A stretch of 63,956 nt of DNA, filler included, from Octopus bimaculoides (Eukaryota): assembly GCF_001194135.2 (NCBI RefSeq). It is 4 parts of 4 records of this genome, joined end to end, with 100 filler letters (N's around TTAATTAATTAA, not from the genome) between each part and the next. Parts side by side here need not be neighbours in the genome. Positions count along the whole stretch, not along the records: positions 37,379 to 57,237 come from NC_069002.1; 3 more parts are not named here. The stretch is one strand, 5' to 3'. Of this stretch, positions 39,320-52,847 are shown piece by piece. Position 1 is the first letter of the stretch. Each line of letters begins with the position of its first letter. A model generated the notes under the pieces. It was given only the letters and a program-made list of their open reading frames with translations, was not told the DNA's origin and searched no databases. A program made the position numbers and the translations under genes.

Positions 39320-39380
<61 letters not shown>
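39319..39380. repeat. (GATA)n microsatellite
   Basis: Direct reading. Confidence 0.95.
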
Positions 39381-39381
<1 letters not shown>

Positions 39382-40346
39382 CTGCATACTTACGTTCGAA
39401 TGTACGTACGTATATACCTACATACTTATGCACATATATATACTCGCACACGAATAAATGTATCTGCATACAGGCATGTATGCCATCGTGTGTAAGTGTA
39501 TACCTATGAGTGCGTACTTGTGTACGTGTGTGTATACATGTGTGTATGTACCTGGTTGCGTGTGGGCATCTGACAGTACAATTATAGAATAATACATATC
39601 TAAATTCTAAATACTTTCACAAATATATATATATATATANNNNNNNNNNNNNNNNNNNNNNNNNNNNNNNNNNNNNNNNNNNNNNNNNNNNNNNNNNNNN
39701 NNNNNNNNNNNNNNNNNNNNNNNNNNNNNNNNNNNNNNNNNNNNNNNNNNNNNNNNNNNNNNNNNNNNNNNNNNNNNNNNNNNNNNNNNNNNNNNNNNNN
39801 NNNNNNNNNNNNNNNNNNNNNNNNNNNNNNNNNNNNNNNNNNNNNNNNNNNNNNNNNNNNNNNNNNNNNNNNNNNNNNNNNNNNNNNNNNNNNNNNNNNN
39901 NNNNNNNNNNNNNNNNNNNNNNNNNNNNNNNNNNNNNNNNNNNNNNNNNNNNNNNNNNNNNNNNNNNNNNNNNNNNNNNNNNNNNNNNNNNNNNNNNNNN
40001 NNNNNNNNNNNNNNNNNNNNNNNNNNNNNNNNNNNNNNNNNNNNNNNNNNNNNNNNNNNNNNNNNNNNNNNNNNNNNNNNNNNNNNNNNNNNNNNNNNNN
40101 NNNNNNNNNNNNNNNNNNNNNNNNNNNNNNNNNNNNNNNNNNNNNNNNNNNNNNNNNNNNNNNNNNNNNNNNNNNNNNNNNNNNNNNNNNNNNNNNNNNN
40201 NNNNNNNNNNNNNNNNNNNNNNNNNNNNNNNNNNNNNNNNNNNNNNNNNNNNNNNNNNNNNNNNNNNNNNNNNNNNNNNNNNNNNNNNNNNNNNNNNNNN
40301 NNNNNNNNNNNNNNNNNNNNNNNNNNNNNNNNNNNNNNNNNNNNNN

Positions 40347-40394
<48 letters not shown>

Positions 40395-40613
40395 AAGAAG
40401 TCGATGGGGGAGGTGGATAGTGAGGTAGAGTAAAAATGGCGGCGGAAAAGTGAACGGTAGAGAGAAAGAGAGAGACTGACAGAGAATATATATGTATGTA
40501 TGTATGTATGCATGCATGTATACTTATATCGGTCTATCTATCTGTCTGTCTATCCCCTTCCCTCTGTGTCTCATTCTGCTTATCTGTTTCTTTCACTCTC
40601 TCTTCCACTTCCT

Positions 40614-40660
<47 letters not shown>

Positions 40661-40682
40661 ATATATATATATATATATATAT

Positions 40683-40895
40683 ATATTTCTTTATTGCCCA
40701 CAAAGGGATTAAACATAGAGGGGTCAAACAAGGACAGACAAAAGGATTAAGTCGATTACATCGACCTCAGTGTTTTACTGGTACTTATATTATCGAGTCC
40801 AAAAGGATGAAAGGCAAACTCGACTTCGGCGGAATTTGGACTCAGAACGTAACGGCAGACGAAATACTGCTAACCATTTCTGCCAGCTCACCGCC
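40683..40895 (-). mobile_element. SINE family C2 with an internal deletion
   Basis: C2 tail as at 3200-3290. Confidence 0.85.
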
Positions 40896-40949
40896 TTGAT
40901 TTATATATCTCTTGCAATTATTACTTTAGGAAGAAAGCAGCAGACAGGC

Positions 40950-41165
40950 ATAAAGGTGAGCATGCCGGGTGAAATGCTTATCGGTACTTTGTTTATCTTT
41001 ACGTTCTGAGTTCAAATTCCGCCGAGGTCGGCATTGCCTTTCGTCCTTTCGGCGTCGATAAATTAAGTACTGGTTGCGTACTGGGGTCGATCTAATCGAC
41101 TGGACCCCCTCTTCATTATTTCGGGTCTTGTACCCAGAATTGAAAAAAGTTATTACTTTGGGAAG
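40950..41165 (+). mobile_element. SINE family C
   Basis: Full copy. Confidence 0.85.
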
Positions 41166-41242
41166 GATTTGTATTCTACAGTATATACTCGTAGAGAGAC
41201 ATCGCATCATTACATACGTGGCCACACATGAAGGGTCAGAGA

Positions 41243-41287
<45 letters not shown>

Positions 41288-41419
41288 AGGGAGAGAGAGA
41301 GGAAGAGAGAGAGAGAGAAGGAGATAGAGAGAGAAACAGTAAAATGTGTTATGCATACATATATGTCTGTATAAACATGTGCGTGGATGTGTATATCCAT
41401 ATTTATATCTATCTATATT

Positions 41420-41513
<94 letters not shown>

Positions 41514-42520
41514 AATGCCGGTACGGTTGCGTATGCCCTCACAGATTTTTCCATACACATATAAGTCGGCGTATTTGGATGTTTAACATACTTATGACAA
41601 ATCGGCATATATAAAATATATATATATATATATGCTTACGTGTGCATACACACATTTATATATACATCCATACATATATATACATACATACAAACACATA
41701 TATATATATATATGTGTTTATATACGCATACATATATATATATGTATACGTACAGATATGTATGTGTACGTATGCATGCATATATGTATATATATATATA
41801 TATATACATACATATGAGTGTGTGAATTTATATATGTATACACACGCACACACGCGCACTCACACACATATATACATGGGTATACACATAGAAATATATT
41901 CTAAAATATACATGTTTTCGCTGGCGGCGAAAGTTAACAAATTTGTATTTTTAGTTATTAAAATGGAAATTGTTCCAGAGATAGAATCAGGGTGTACGTG
42001 CAGTTGTGTACGTATGTGCGTATCTCTATGCGCTTGCTAGTGCACGTGTGTGCGTGCGTTTGCACGCGTATGTATGTATTTATGTATGTATGTAGGTATG
42101 TATCTATCTATCTGTCTGTCTATCTATTTATCGCTCTCTCTCTCACTCTCTTTCCTATATATATATATATATATATATATNNNNNNNNNNNNNNNNNNNN
42201 NNNNNNNNNNNNNNNNNNNNNNNNNNNNNNNNNNNNNNNNNNNNNNNNNNNNNNNNNNNNNNNNNNNNNNNNNNNNNNNTATAAATATATATATGTGTGT
42301 GTGTGTGAGTGTGTGTGTGTGAGTGTGTGTGTGTGTGTGTGTGCGTGTTTGTGTGTGTGTGTGTGTGGATGTTTCCTCTATGGTATATGAAAACGTCGCA
42401 TTTTTATCATGCAAACGAAAGTTGTTGAAATTACTTAAATTCTAATACCGCGTAGGATAACAGAAATAGTATCCACGGTGATAGTGCAGCAGCATAACTT
42501 CTATTTCATAACACCTGATT

Positions 42521-42720
42521 GGAGTGGCTGTGTGGTAAGTAGCTTGCTTACCAACCACATGGTTCCGGGTTCCGTCCCACTGCGTGGCACCAAATTCACT
42601 CACAAGGCTTTGGTGAGACCGAGGCTATATTAGAAGACGCTTGCCCAAGGTGCCACGGAGTAGGACTGAACCCGGAACTAGGTTGTTTGGAAGCAAGCTA
42701 CTTATTACACACAGCCACGC
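42521..42720. mobile_element. Inverted dimer of family B heads
   Basis: Plus head 42521-42591 fused to minus head 42592-42720. Confidence 0.85.
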
Positions 42721-43177
42721 CTTCACCTGTCTGTGTTGAGAGAAATTTAGAAAGTGAAAATGAAAGTGAATGAGAAAAAAAAAAACGGGAGAGATTTGAC
42801 GCACAGAAAACTACAAAACAGGAGGAAAATAATGTAACTGTGTGATGTTGATGTAATATGTTTAGAAGACACTCTTAAAGAATGGAAATTAAAGTTTCAA
42901 TTAGAGAACAGGATGTGAGTACATTGACGGAATCTATAGATTATCGGGTAAAATACCTTGTGAAATTTTGTTGAGACTTTTAAGACTCACAACAAAAAGA
43001 TTTGAATTCAGATCTTAACATAATTTTGTTGTGAGTCTTTTAAGATTCGCAACACAATATCTGAGTTGAGATCTTGAAATTTCTATCATGACTACACCTT
43101 TAACATTGGCAAAATACGATAAAGCATCACATTTACTCGCGTATTTTTATACATATTTTTAATTGGAAAAAACAGGG

Positions 43178-43250
<73 letters not shown>

Positions 43251-43340
43251 TGCATTAGAAACATACTGTATACATTATTAGGTCATTAAAATAGACACTC
43301 CAGATTGTTCATTTACAAAGTCGTGTGATAGAGAAGTATC

Positions 43341-43417
<77 letters not shown>

Positions 43418-44213
43418 TGCATTAGAAACATACTGTNNNNNNNNNNNNNNNNNNNNNNNNNNNNNNNNNNNNNNNNNNNNNNNNNNNNNNNNNNNNNNNN
43501 NNNNNNNNNNNNNNNNNNNNNNNNNNNNNNNNNNNNNNNNNNNNNNNNNNNNNNNNNNNNNNNNNNNNNNNNNNNNNNNNNNNNNNNNNNNNNNNNNNNN
43601 NNNNNNNNNNNNNNNNNNNNNNNNNNNNNNNNNNNNNNNNNNNNNNNNNNNNNNNNNNNNNNNNNNNNNNNNNNNNNNNNNNNNNNNNNNNNNNNNNNNN
43701 NNNNNNNNNNNNNNNNNNNNNNNNNNNNNNNNNNNNNNNNNNNNNNNNNNNNNNNNNNNNNNNNNNNNNNNNNNNNNNNNNNNNNNNNNNNNNNNNNNNN
43801 NNNNNNNNNNNNNNNNNNNNNNNNNNNNNNNNNNNNNNNNNNNNNNNNNNNNNNNNNNNNNNNNNNNNNNNNNNNNNNNNNNNNNNNNNNNNNNNNNNNN
43901 NNNNNNNNNNNNNNNNNNNNNNNNNNNNNNNNNNNNNNNNNNNNNNNNNNNNNNNNNNNNNNNNNNNNNNNNNNNNNNNNNNNNNNNNNNNNNNNNNNNN
44001 NNNNNNNNNNNNNNNNNNNNNNNNNNNNNNNNNNNNNNNNNNNNNNNNNNNNNNNNNACAATACAAGAAAATATAAGAAAATCAAAAGATTGTTTTAAAA
44101 TTAATTTGAGGATAAGATAATAGTGTGATCTTAAGAGACAGTAAAAGGTGTTTGCTATTATTTATATTTAAAAGTACTTTTGATGGTGTTTACAGATTAA
44201 ATTATTTATTATT

Positions 44214-44276
<63 letters not shown>

Positions 44277-44282
44277 GTGATC

Positions 44283-44559
44283 AAGGCGGCGAGCTGGTAG
44301 AACCGTTAGCATGCCAGACAAAATGCTCAGCTGTATTTCGTCCATCCTTACGCTCAGAGTTCAATTTCCGCCTATGTCGATTTTGCCTTTCATCCTTTTG
44401 GGGTCGATAAATTAAGTACGAGTTGCGTACTGGGGTCGATTTAATCGACTAGTCCTCCCCACCCCCACGCTCAACAAATTTCATGCCCTCGGCGGAATTT
44501 GAACTCAGAACGTAAAGAGACAAAATACCGCTAAGCATTTCGCCCGGCGTGTTACCGTT
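44283..44559. mobile_element. Family C plus copy fused to a minus head
   Basis: Junction at about 44485; the right part runs into a gap. Confidence 0.8.
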
Positions 44560-45144
44560 NNNNNNNNNNNNNNNNNNNNNNNNNNNNNNNNNNNNNNNNN
44601 NNNNNNNNNNNNNNNNNNNNNNNNNNNNNNNNNNNNNNNNNNNNNNNNNNNNNNNNNNNNNNNNNNNNNNNNNNNNNNNNNNNNNNNNNNNNNNNNNNNN
44701 NNNNNNNNNNNNNNNNNNNNNNNNNNNNNNNNNNNNNNNNNNNNNNNNNNNNNNNNNNNNNNNNNNNNNNNNNNNNNNNNNNNNNNNNNNNNNNNNNNNN
44801 NNNNNNNNNNNNNNNNNNNNNNNNNNNNNNNNNNNNNNNNNNNNNNNNNNNNNNNNNNNNNNNNNNNNNNNNNNNNNNNNNNNNNNNNNNNNNNNNNNNN
44901 NNNNNNNNNNNNNNNNNNNNNNNNNNNNNNNNNNNNNNNNNNNNNNNNNNNNNNNNNNNNNNNNNNNNNNNNNNNNNNNNNNNNNNNNNNNNNNNNNNNN
45001 NNNNNNNNNNNNNNNNNNNNNNNNNNNNNNNNNNNNNNNNNNNNNNNNNNNNNNNNNNNNNNNNNNNNNNNNNNNNNNNNNNNNNNNNNNNNNNNNNNNN
45101 NNNNNNNNNNNNNNNNNNNNNNNNNNNNNNNNNNNNNNNNNNNA

Positions 45145-45280
45145 TGAACAAGATGCTTAGTGGTATTTTGTCCGCCCTTATATTCCGAGTTCAAATTCCA
45201 CCGAGGTCGACTTTGCATTCCATCCTTGTGGTATGATCGATTTACACCGGCGCCCACGAAATTTCAAGCCTATAGTTGAA
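45145..45280 (+). mobile_element. SINE family C, partial
   Basis: Core plus tail, followed by (ACT)n. Confidence 0.7.
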
Positions 45281-45283
45281 AAG

Positions 45284-45345
<62 letters not shown>

Positions 45346-45859
45346 TACTAGTAGTAGTAGTAGTAGTAGTAGTGGAAAAGCATTGCCATATACTTACGTC
45401 CTTCTGACGCCTATTATAAGTTCACATCCAGGTAAACAATGTATGACAGAAATTTTCGTAAATTTTTATTGCTCTCCGGGAAACCTTCCTCATTCATCAC
45501 CAAAGACAAACCGCTATCACTTCTACACTTAAAATCGATTCTCACCTGCCAAACTCCAACATCATGAAATTCTTGTAACACACAATAAAGCTAGAGAGCA
45601 GATAGTAACGATATTAAAGTAAACTGTATGACAAAATACTATGCTGTTCGGAAGACCAATATACTTAGATATATCACATCATCATATAAAGTTTCACAGT
45701 AATTTTGTTTAGGAAAAATCAACTTTCACTTTCACTTTCAAATTATCGTTATTTTGTTCGACGAAACTCTTTAAGGCAGTTCCCCTACATCGCCGTATTC
45801 CAATAACGAACAAAAATAAATGATTACCGATAAACGATATTTTATTTTAATTTATATAC

Positions 45860-46275
45860 CGAGCTGTATTTCGTCCGTCTTTACCTTCTGAGTTCAAATT
45901 CCGCCGAGGTTGAATTTGCCTTTCATTTTTGTCATGGCCAATGAAATAAGTACCAGATGAGCACTGGGGGACCAAGTAATCGATTTAATTCCTCCCCCCA
46001 CGCCAAATTTCTGTCCTTGTGCTAAAATTTGAAACCAATATTAGCAACATCTTTAAGGCGATGAGCTGGCAGAATCGTCATCATGCCGGTAAAAATACTT
46101 AGTATTGTTTCGTCCGTCTTCACATTCTGAGTTCAAATTTCGCCGAGGTCGACATTGCCTTTCATCCTTTCCGGAATCAATGAAATAAGTACTATTTGAG
46201 CACTGGGGTCGATGTAATCGAGTTAACAGCTTCCCCCCAAATTGCAGGCATTGTTGAAACCAAAACTTGAAACCA
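45860..46275 (+). mobile_element. Two tandem family C SINEs
   Basis: Two successive cores. Confidence 0.85.
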
Positions 46276-47276
46276 ATTCACATAAAATTTTATAAGTATT
46301 CTATTTTTTATAATATACTTGTTTCAATCATTGGACTGCGGCCATCCTGGAGCACAGTCTTCAAGGGTTAGTTGAACATATGGAACTCTGTTGCATGGCT
46401 TGTCGTTGAACCGCTTGTGCCGTTTACTAATGGCAGACGAGATGCCGCAATATCATTTCAAGTATTCTTTAATCTTTGTTAGGACCCATACAGTTACGAC
46501 ATATGCATTACTGTCTAAATATGAGAAACGCATTATAAGTGTGAGGTGTGAAATAGCTGACAATTCACGTAATCAGTTGATGTTATGTTAAAGTTCAGAG
46601 AATTTATAGTAAAAGATAAAACGAAACTTCCATAACAGCAGAGAAATTAAACAGTAAAATGATACGACAATGAAAAACTCTGAAAGTTAATATGGTTGAT
46701 AGCATAATAGTAAGCATATCCATTAAATGTATCTTTATGAAGCATCAGATAACATCAAGCATAGTTCATAGGCATCTTGAGATAGAATTAAAAGTTAGAG
46801 AAATAGCAATGAAAACCCGATGTGGTGTAAATAACTTTATTAGCCTAATACATCTTGCTGATTAAGCATAGTTTATCTCTTCCACTTATTTTACTTTAGA
46901 TTACAGTGTGTGGCTGATATACTTCTTGGTTGTTGCCTAAAAGGTTTTCATTTTGCTGTTATATTGTGTTGACCCAATAGTTTTGGTAACCTATTTGCTT
47001 TATACAAGTTAAAATAAAAGCGTAATGGTACAGTTTGGCATGTGCAGAATAACATGTTGAAACCGAATGAATAAACAGACAACTGAGTATCGCCCGAGGA
47101 GAAACATATTGATCTTCTTATACAGATAAATCGTTACATAATTTAATTTAAACTTAACTTTAAATCCTATATATGCGAGGATCTGTAAGTATGAAAACAT
47201 TTGTTGTGATTAAAAAGATGCCTAACCGTACTTAATCTTCCTTTTGACTCTTTTACTTTTTACTTTATATATATAT

Positions 47277-47317
<41 letters not shown>

Positions 47318-48119
47318 TCATCATAAATATACAGGGATTAGCATTGAGTTGCTTCTCCAACATACTGAAAATTTAGAAATAGCAGTCAAAGAACTACTGA
47401 TTCTAAACTACAAATTTTTCTCTAAATGNNNNNNNNNNNNNNNNNNNNNNNNNNNNNNNNNNNNNNNNNNNNNNNNNNNNNNNNNNNNNNNNNNNNNNNN
47501 NNNNNNNNNNNNNNNNNNNNNNNNNNNNNNNNNNNNNNNNNNNNNNNNNNNNNNNNNNNNNNNNNNNNNNNNNNNNNNNNNNNNNNNNNNNNNNNNNNNN
47601 NNNNNNNNNNNNNNNNNNNNNNNNNNNNNNNNNNNNNNNNNNNNNNNNNNNNNNNNNNNNNNNNNNNNNNNNNNNNNNNNNNNNNNNNNNNNNNNNNNNN
47701 NNNNNNNNNNNNNNNNNNNNNNNNNNNNNNNNNNNNNNNNNNNNNNNNNNNNNNNNNNNNNNNNNNNNNNNNNNNNNNNNNNNNNNNNNNNNNNNNNNNN
47801 NNNNNNNNNNNNNNNNNNNNNNNNNNNNNNNNNNNNNNNNNNNNNNNNNNNNNNNNNNNNNNNNNNNNNNNNNNNNNNNNNNNNNNNNNNNNNNNNNNNN
47901 NNNNNNNNNNNNNNNNNNNNNNNNNNNNNNNNNNNNNNNNNNNNNNNNNNNNNNNNNNNNNNNNNNNNNNNNNNNNNNNNNNNNNNNNNNNNNNNNNNNN
48001 NNNNNNNNNNNNNNNNNNNNNNNNNNNTGTATATATATATATATATACGTATACATATGTGTGCCTCTGTCTGTGTTTATGTGTTCTCAGTCATTTCTTG
48101 GCACCTGGTGCTCATTTAT

Positions 48120-48250
48120 TTATATAGCCGCAAATTAGCGGTTCGGCAATAGAGAACGACTGACTATATACCAGACGCAAAGAAGCATATAGCATGATCG
48201 ATTTGTTCGACTAAACACCTTAACGCAGTGCTCCAGCATGGCCAGTGAAG
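48120..48250 (+). mobile_element. SINE family B tail fragment
   Basis: TTAGCGGTTCGGCAA..GTGCTCCAGCATGGCC. Confidence 0.75.
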
Positions 48251-48334
48251 GAAATAAAGAGGTAACTGTCTAAAGAGGTAATGTGGCAAATGTTTATGTT
48301 CAAGAATTTAAATATCTATTTTAATATTTGGCAT

Positions 48335-48725
48335 CAAGAGGGCAGTGAGTTGGTAGAAGCGTTAGCACGCCGGGCGAAAATGCTTAACAGTGTTTCTTCT
48401 GTCGCTACGTTCTGAGTTTAAATTCCGCCACGATCGACTTTGCCGTTCATCCTTTTGGGGTCGATAAATTAAGTACCAGTTGCTTACTAGGGTCGATCTA
48501 GGCCCTGCGCCTAGAGTAGAGAAGAATATTTCAAGCAGAATTGTTAATACACAGGGCGAAAATACTTGGCGGCATTTCGCCCGTCTTAACGTTTTGAGTC
48601 CAAATTCCACCAAAGTCGACTTTACCTTTCATCATTTCGGAATCGATAAAATAATTACCATTTGATTAAGGGGTCAATATAATCGACTTACACCCTCCTC
48701 CGGAATTGTTAGCCTTGTTCCAAAA
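48335..48725 (+). mobile_element. Two tandem family C SINEs
   Basis: Two successive cores. Confidence 0.85.
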
Positions 48726-49252
48726 TTAGACAGTTTGTTTTATTTTTTAAAATCGGAAATGAAACATTTTCCGTGAAACATTTTCTGTGTTAAAAGCATT
48801 CATCGTGAATCACTTAAGATATACATGGTCTTGGTTATCTTGTAAAATAGATTATAAACGCAAGAACAGAAACGCAATTTTTGGTTCTTACAACAGATTA
48901 AAACAAGATAGAGAATCGTTTATCTCATTAGAATGTGTAAGTTTTCTGTAAAACAAGAAAGGCAAAAGTAGACGAGAATATCTAAGATTTAGTTACTTGG
49001 CAACCAACTCACACACAGACGGAACGCAAGCACACATACACGCACAAACACTCGTCCAAATTGCAAATACACACAGATACACATAGGCAACAAACAAGAA
49101 AGAGAATCGCATTCTACTGAAATGTTTCTTATAAACCAACCAACCAACCAGACAAACAAACAAACAAACAAACAACCAATGAATGAATCAATCTATCTCT
49201 CTCTTCTTATATCTCTCTCTCTCCCACCCTCTCTCTCTCTCTCCCTCTCCAC

Positions 49253-49293
<41 letters not shown>

Positions 49294-49462
49294 CATAAGT
49301 ACAAAACGAGATGGAAAAATAGTACTCGAATACAAAAGGTAGAATAATATCATTTTATTGAAACTGCAAAATTGTCTCAAAAAGCTGTAACTCAGAGTGT
49401 CTTGTTCCCGCTTGTCGGACGGTCACAAATGTCTGATGGTCAGGGCACGTGAAGCTCAGTGT

Positions 49463-49896
49463 AACATCATCATAAAACCGGCCGACAAGGGTGGGGCTGT
49501 GGTGGTGTGGAGTGCGAACCTCTACAAGGAAGAAGCTCTCCGCCAACTTCAAGACACCTCCTTCTACTGCCCTCTGCCCTCCAGCTACCAGCAGACCATG
49601 TCCTCCACTATCCATGACCTCATCCCATCCTCCCATCTGCCCCACCGCCTCCAACTTCATTGTCCGCACCCCTCGCACCCCCACTATTTACTTCCTCCCC
49701 AAAATCCACAAACGTAACAACCCTGGCCGCCGCATCGTCCTCTCCTGCAGCTGACCCACCGAACTCACCTCCAGATATCTTGACCGTGTTCTCGCCCCCC
49801 TAGTGGCTTCCCTCATCTCTCACATCCATGACACCAACTACGCGCTTCGTTTGTTCAACTCTTTCTCCTTCCCTCCTGGCCCCTCTAAACATCTCT
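49463..49896 (+). pseudogene. Penelope-like element reverse transcriptase fragment, frameshifted and with a stop
   Basis: NIIIKPADKGGAVVVW..YKEEALRQL, then a frameshift to YFLPKIHKRNNPGRRIVLSCS*PTELTSRYLDRVLAPLV..HIHDT. These are the characteristic N-terminal motifs of PLE RTs. Confidence 0.9.
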
Positions 49897-50290
49897 GCGT
49901 GTATGTTTGTGTGTATACACACACACACACACACATATGCGCGCATATTTGTAAAGGAAAAGTACATCTCTTTCTCTGTTTGAAACTAACTTTGTGATAA
50001 CATACTGTAATATTTTTATAGCAAAACTTTTGTATACGAACCTCTCTTTTTTTATGCGAAAGCAAAATTTAGTATCCTTATTTTCATATCGCTTTATATA
50101 GTAACAGATATATAATGGGAATATTCACCTCCTATATTGAAAGATTAATTTTGTTTTACTCAAGCACACATAAGTATATATGTATTTTTTTTACCTGTTT
50201 CAGCCTAAAGGGTATGACCACGCTGAAGCTTGTGTTTTGTATCATTTAGTTTTATTTTCAAATATATGAGGGTATTTATATGTGTGTGTG

Positions 50291-50350
50291 TGAGTGTGGC
50301 TTTGCTTGTGTGAGTGTGGCTTTGCTTGTGTGAGTGTGGCTTTGCTTGTG
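50291..50350. repeat. Three perfect copies of the 20-mer TGAGTGTGGCTTTGCTTGTG
   Basis: Direct reading. Confidence 0.95.
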
Positions 50351-50674
50351 TGCGTGTGTTTGTATAAGGAAATATTTTTAATGTAATAAATATATTTGTA
50401 TTTATAAATATATATATAAATGCGTATTGTTATATATATNNNNNNNNNNNNNNNNNNNNNNNNNNNNNNNNNNNNNNNNNNNNNNNNNNNNNNNNNNNNN
50501 NNNNNNNNNNNNNNNNNNNNNNTATGTATGTATGTATGTATGTATGTATGTATGTATGTACTTATTGATCAGACCTCGTATGCATATACATATGTATGTA
50601 TCTAAATATGTATGTATGTATGTATGGGGGATATACTCAGATGCAAAATTAAACACACATGGCTATATGTATAT

Positions 50675-50830
50675 AGGACGAGCTTCTTTAAGTTTCTGTG
50701 TACCAAATCTACCCACAAGGCTTCGGCCGGCTTAAGACCACAGTAGAAGGCACTTGCCTAAGGTACTACGCAGTGGGACTGAACTCAGAACCATATGGTT
50801 GAGAAACAAGCCTGTTAATATATGGCTATG
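50675..50830 (-). mobile_element. SINE family B 5' half
   Basis: Reverse-complement head homology. Confidence 0.8.
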
Positions 50831-51469
50831 CAGTTCACAATCTAGCTTTTCAGCAACGGGATTTTGGATGTAGTCGCGGAGAACCTCGTTGTGTAAGTGT
50901 ATTAACGCTTTATTTCTTGATATATAGATTGAAATGAATAAAAATAACAGGCATATCTCCTGAATTTATTGCATAGGATCTCATAAATGCACGCTCATAC
51001 AAGGATATAGGCAATGTCCAGCCATATATTCAATGTCAGTGGCGAAATCTTTTATGTAGGAGAGTAACGAATTGCTCCTTTTCATGAAATAAAAACCCAA
51101 TGTACAGAGATAATTCGAAGGATCTAATACCCATAAAATATAATGTTTATAGAACTACATTATCTTAAACGTATTTCCTCTTTTAAGATTGTAAAATTTG
51201 ATTTAAAAGGTAGTTGACTATTATGTCTTGTAGGTCGACCACATTAAGTAGAGACACCTTCTTCATACCTTCGTTATTTTTATTGTTAATTCAGTTAAAC
51301 AATGGTCTCATCTCTGTATTTTCACACTTTCTCCATATTCATGTTGTCTTTAATGGATCTATATTGTGTTACCCTAAGTGGTTTTCCATTATCGGAAACA
51401 ATTTGAAACCGATTATTATTGCAAAATTTCTTCATGTTGTTTCCCCCCCCCCCGCTTGTTGTTTTTATT

Positions 51470-51514
<45 letters not shown>

Positions 51515-51892
51515 ACAGACGTCCTATCTTGAAAGTTTCGAGTGAAATCCTCTTCGAATAATGTCGTTGTAGTTTGTAGCGTTGTAACAGTGGGCAGAGA
51601 TACTGGTTGTGAAGGAAATGTAATCCACATTAAATATACAAGGGACTGGAATAAAATAATGATTGAGAGAAGAAAGAGAAGAAGAAGAAGAAATTATAAA
51701 TCATAGATATATATATGTTTACTTTTATAATGATGTGATTGTCAAGCTTTTTTCATTAATATTATTATAGTATCGGGTATAGTGGTTTGCATTGCTGTAA
51801 GGTTTATAGAAGAAACGGCGTTCGACACCCGTAGGCGATGTTACGACTATTCCCGTTATCGAATGCACACTACACACATATATATATATATA

Positions 51893-52115
51893 TAAGAGGC
51901 AGCGAGCTGGCAGACACGTTAGCACGGCGGGCGAAATGCTTAGCGGTGTTTCGTCTGTTGTTGCATCTGTCTTTGAGTTCAAATTCCGCGATGGTCGACT
52001 TTGCCTTTCATCCTTCGGGGCCGATAAATTAATTAATCGCCAGTTGCGTATTGGGGTCGATCTAATCGACGGGCCCCCTACCCTCAAAATTTTGGACCTT
52101 GTGTCTAGAGTAGAA
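51893..52115 (+). mobile_element. SINE family C
   Basis: Full copy. Confidence 0.9.
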
Positions 52116-52815
52116 ACGTATATATATATATACACTCATACATATATATTTACAGAGATGTAGTGGGATAGGTATATATATATATATACATACATATGAG
52201 CGTCAACCAAATACATTCACTTCGTGCATCATTTTGACTTTTATTTCATTTTGTTCTCATGTTTGAATTGCCTATGTATGTATGTATGTATATATGTCTG
52301 TATGTATAGGCACTTGAATTGATGCTACAATAATGCACGATTAACTTGTTGACTCTGCTCTCGCGCATTACACCAATTTTGTTAGCATATTAAGCTTTCA
52401 TTCACGTTTAAGAAAAAAAAATGAACATAAAAATAGAAAATATAAGCAAAAACCACCGAAGTAGCGAATGTAATTTAAACAGATGGACTGCAGCAAATAG
52501 AAACAAAATATTTTTTGCCCTTAGGTTGTTCTATATTTACATTTCTTTAAAAGCATATCAAGTACCCATAATTAGAATTAAATTGCTTTTCGAATCCTCT
52601 AACCACCAATTTATTGTGTATAAAATTCGTATTATTTTTTTTATGTCCCAAGTCTATATATACAAGTGCAGATACAATGCCAAATGAAATTTCTTGAAAG
52701 ACTTTTAAAACCATTTTATTCACAAGGGTTTGAATTTATCTTAATAATTAAGACTTATTTTTAACGATAATAATGACAATAATACGTTTTTGTTTGATAT
52801 AATCTGCTGCTACTG

Positions 52816-52844
<29 letters not shown>

Positions 52845-52847
<3 letters not shown>

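Noticed and set aside
43180-43436. Duplicated (ATT)n-TGCATTAGAAACATACTGT
   Set aside because: The second copy ends at a gap; it cannot be distinguished from a mis-assembly.
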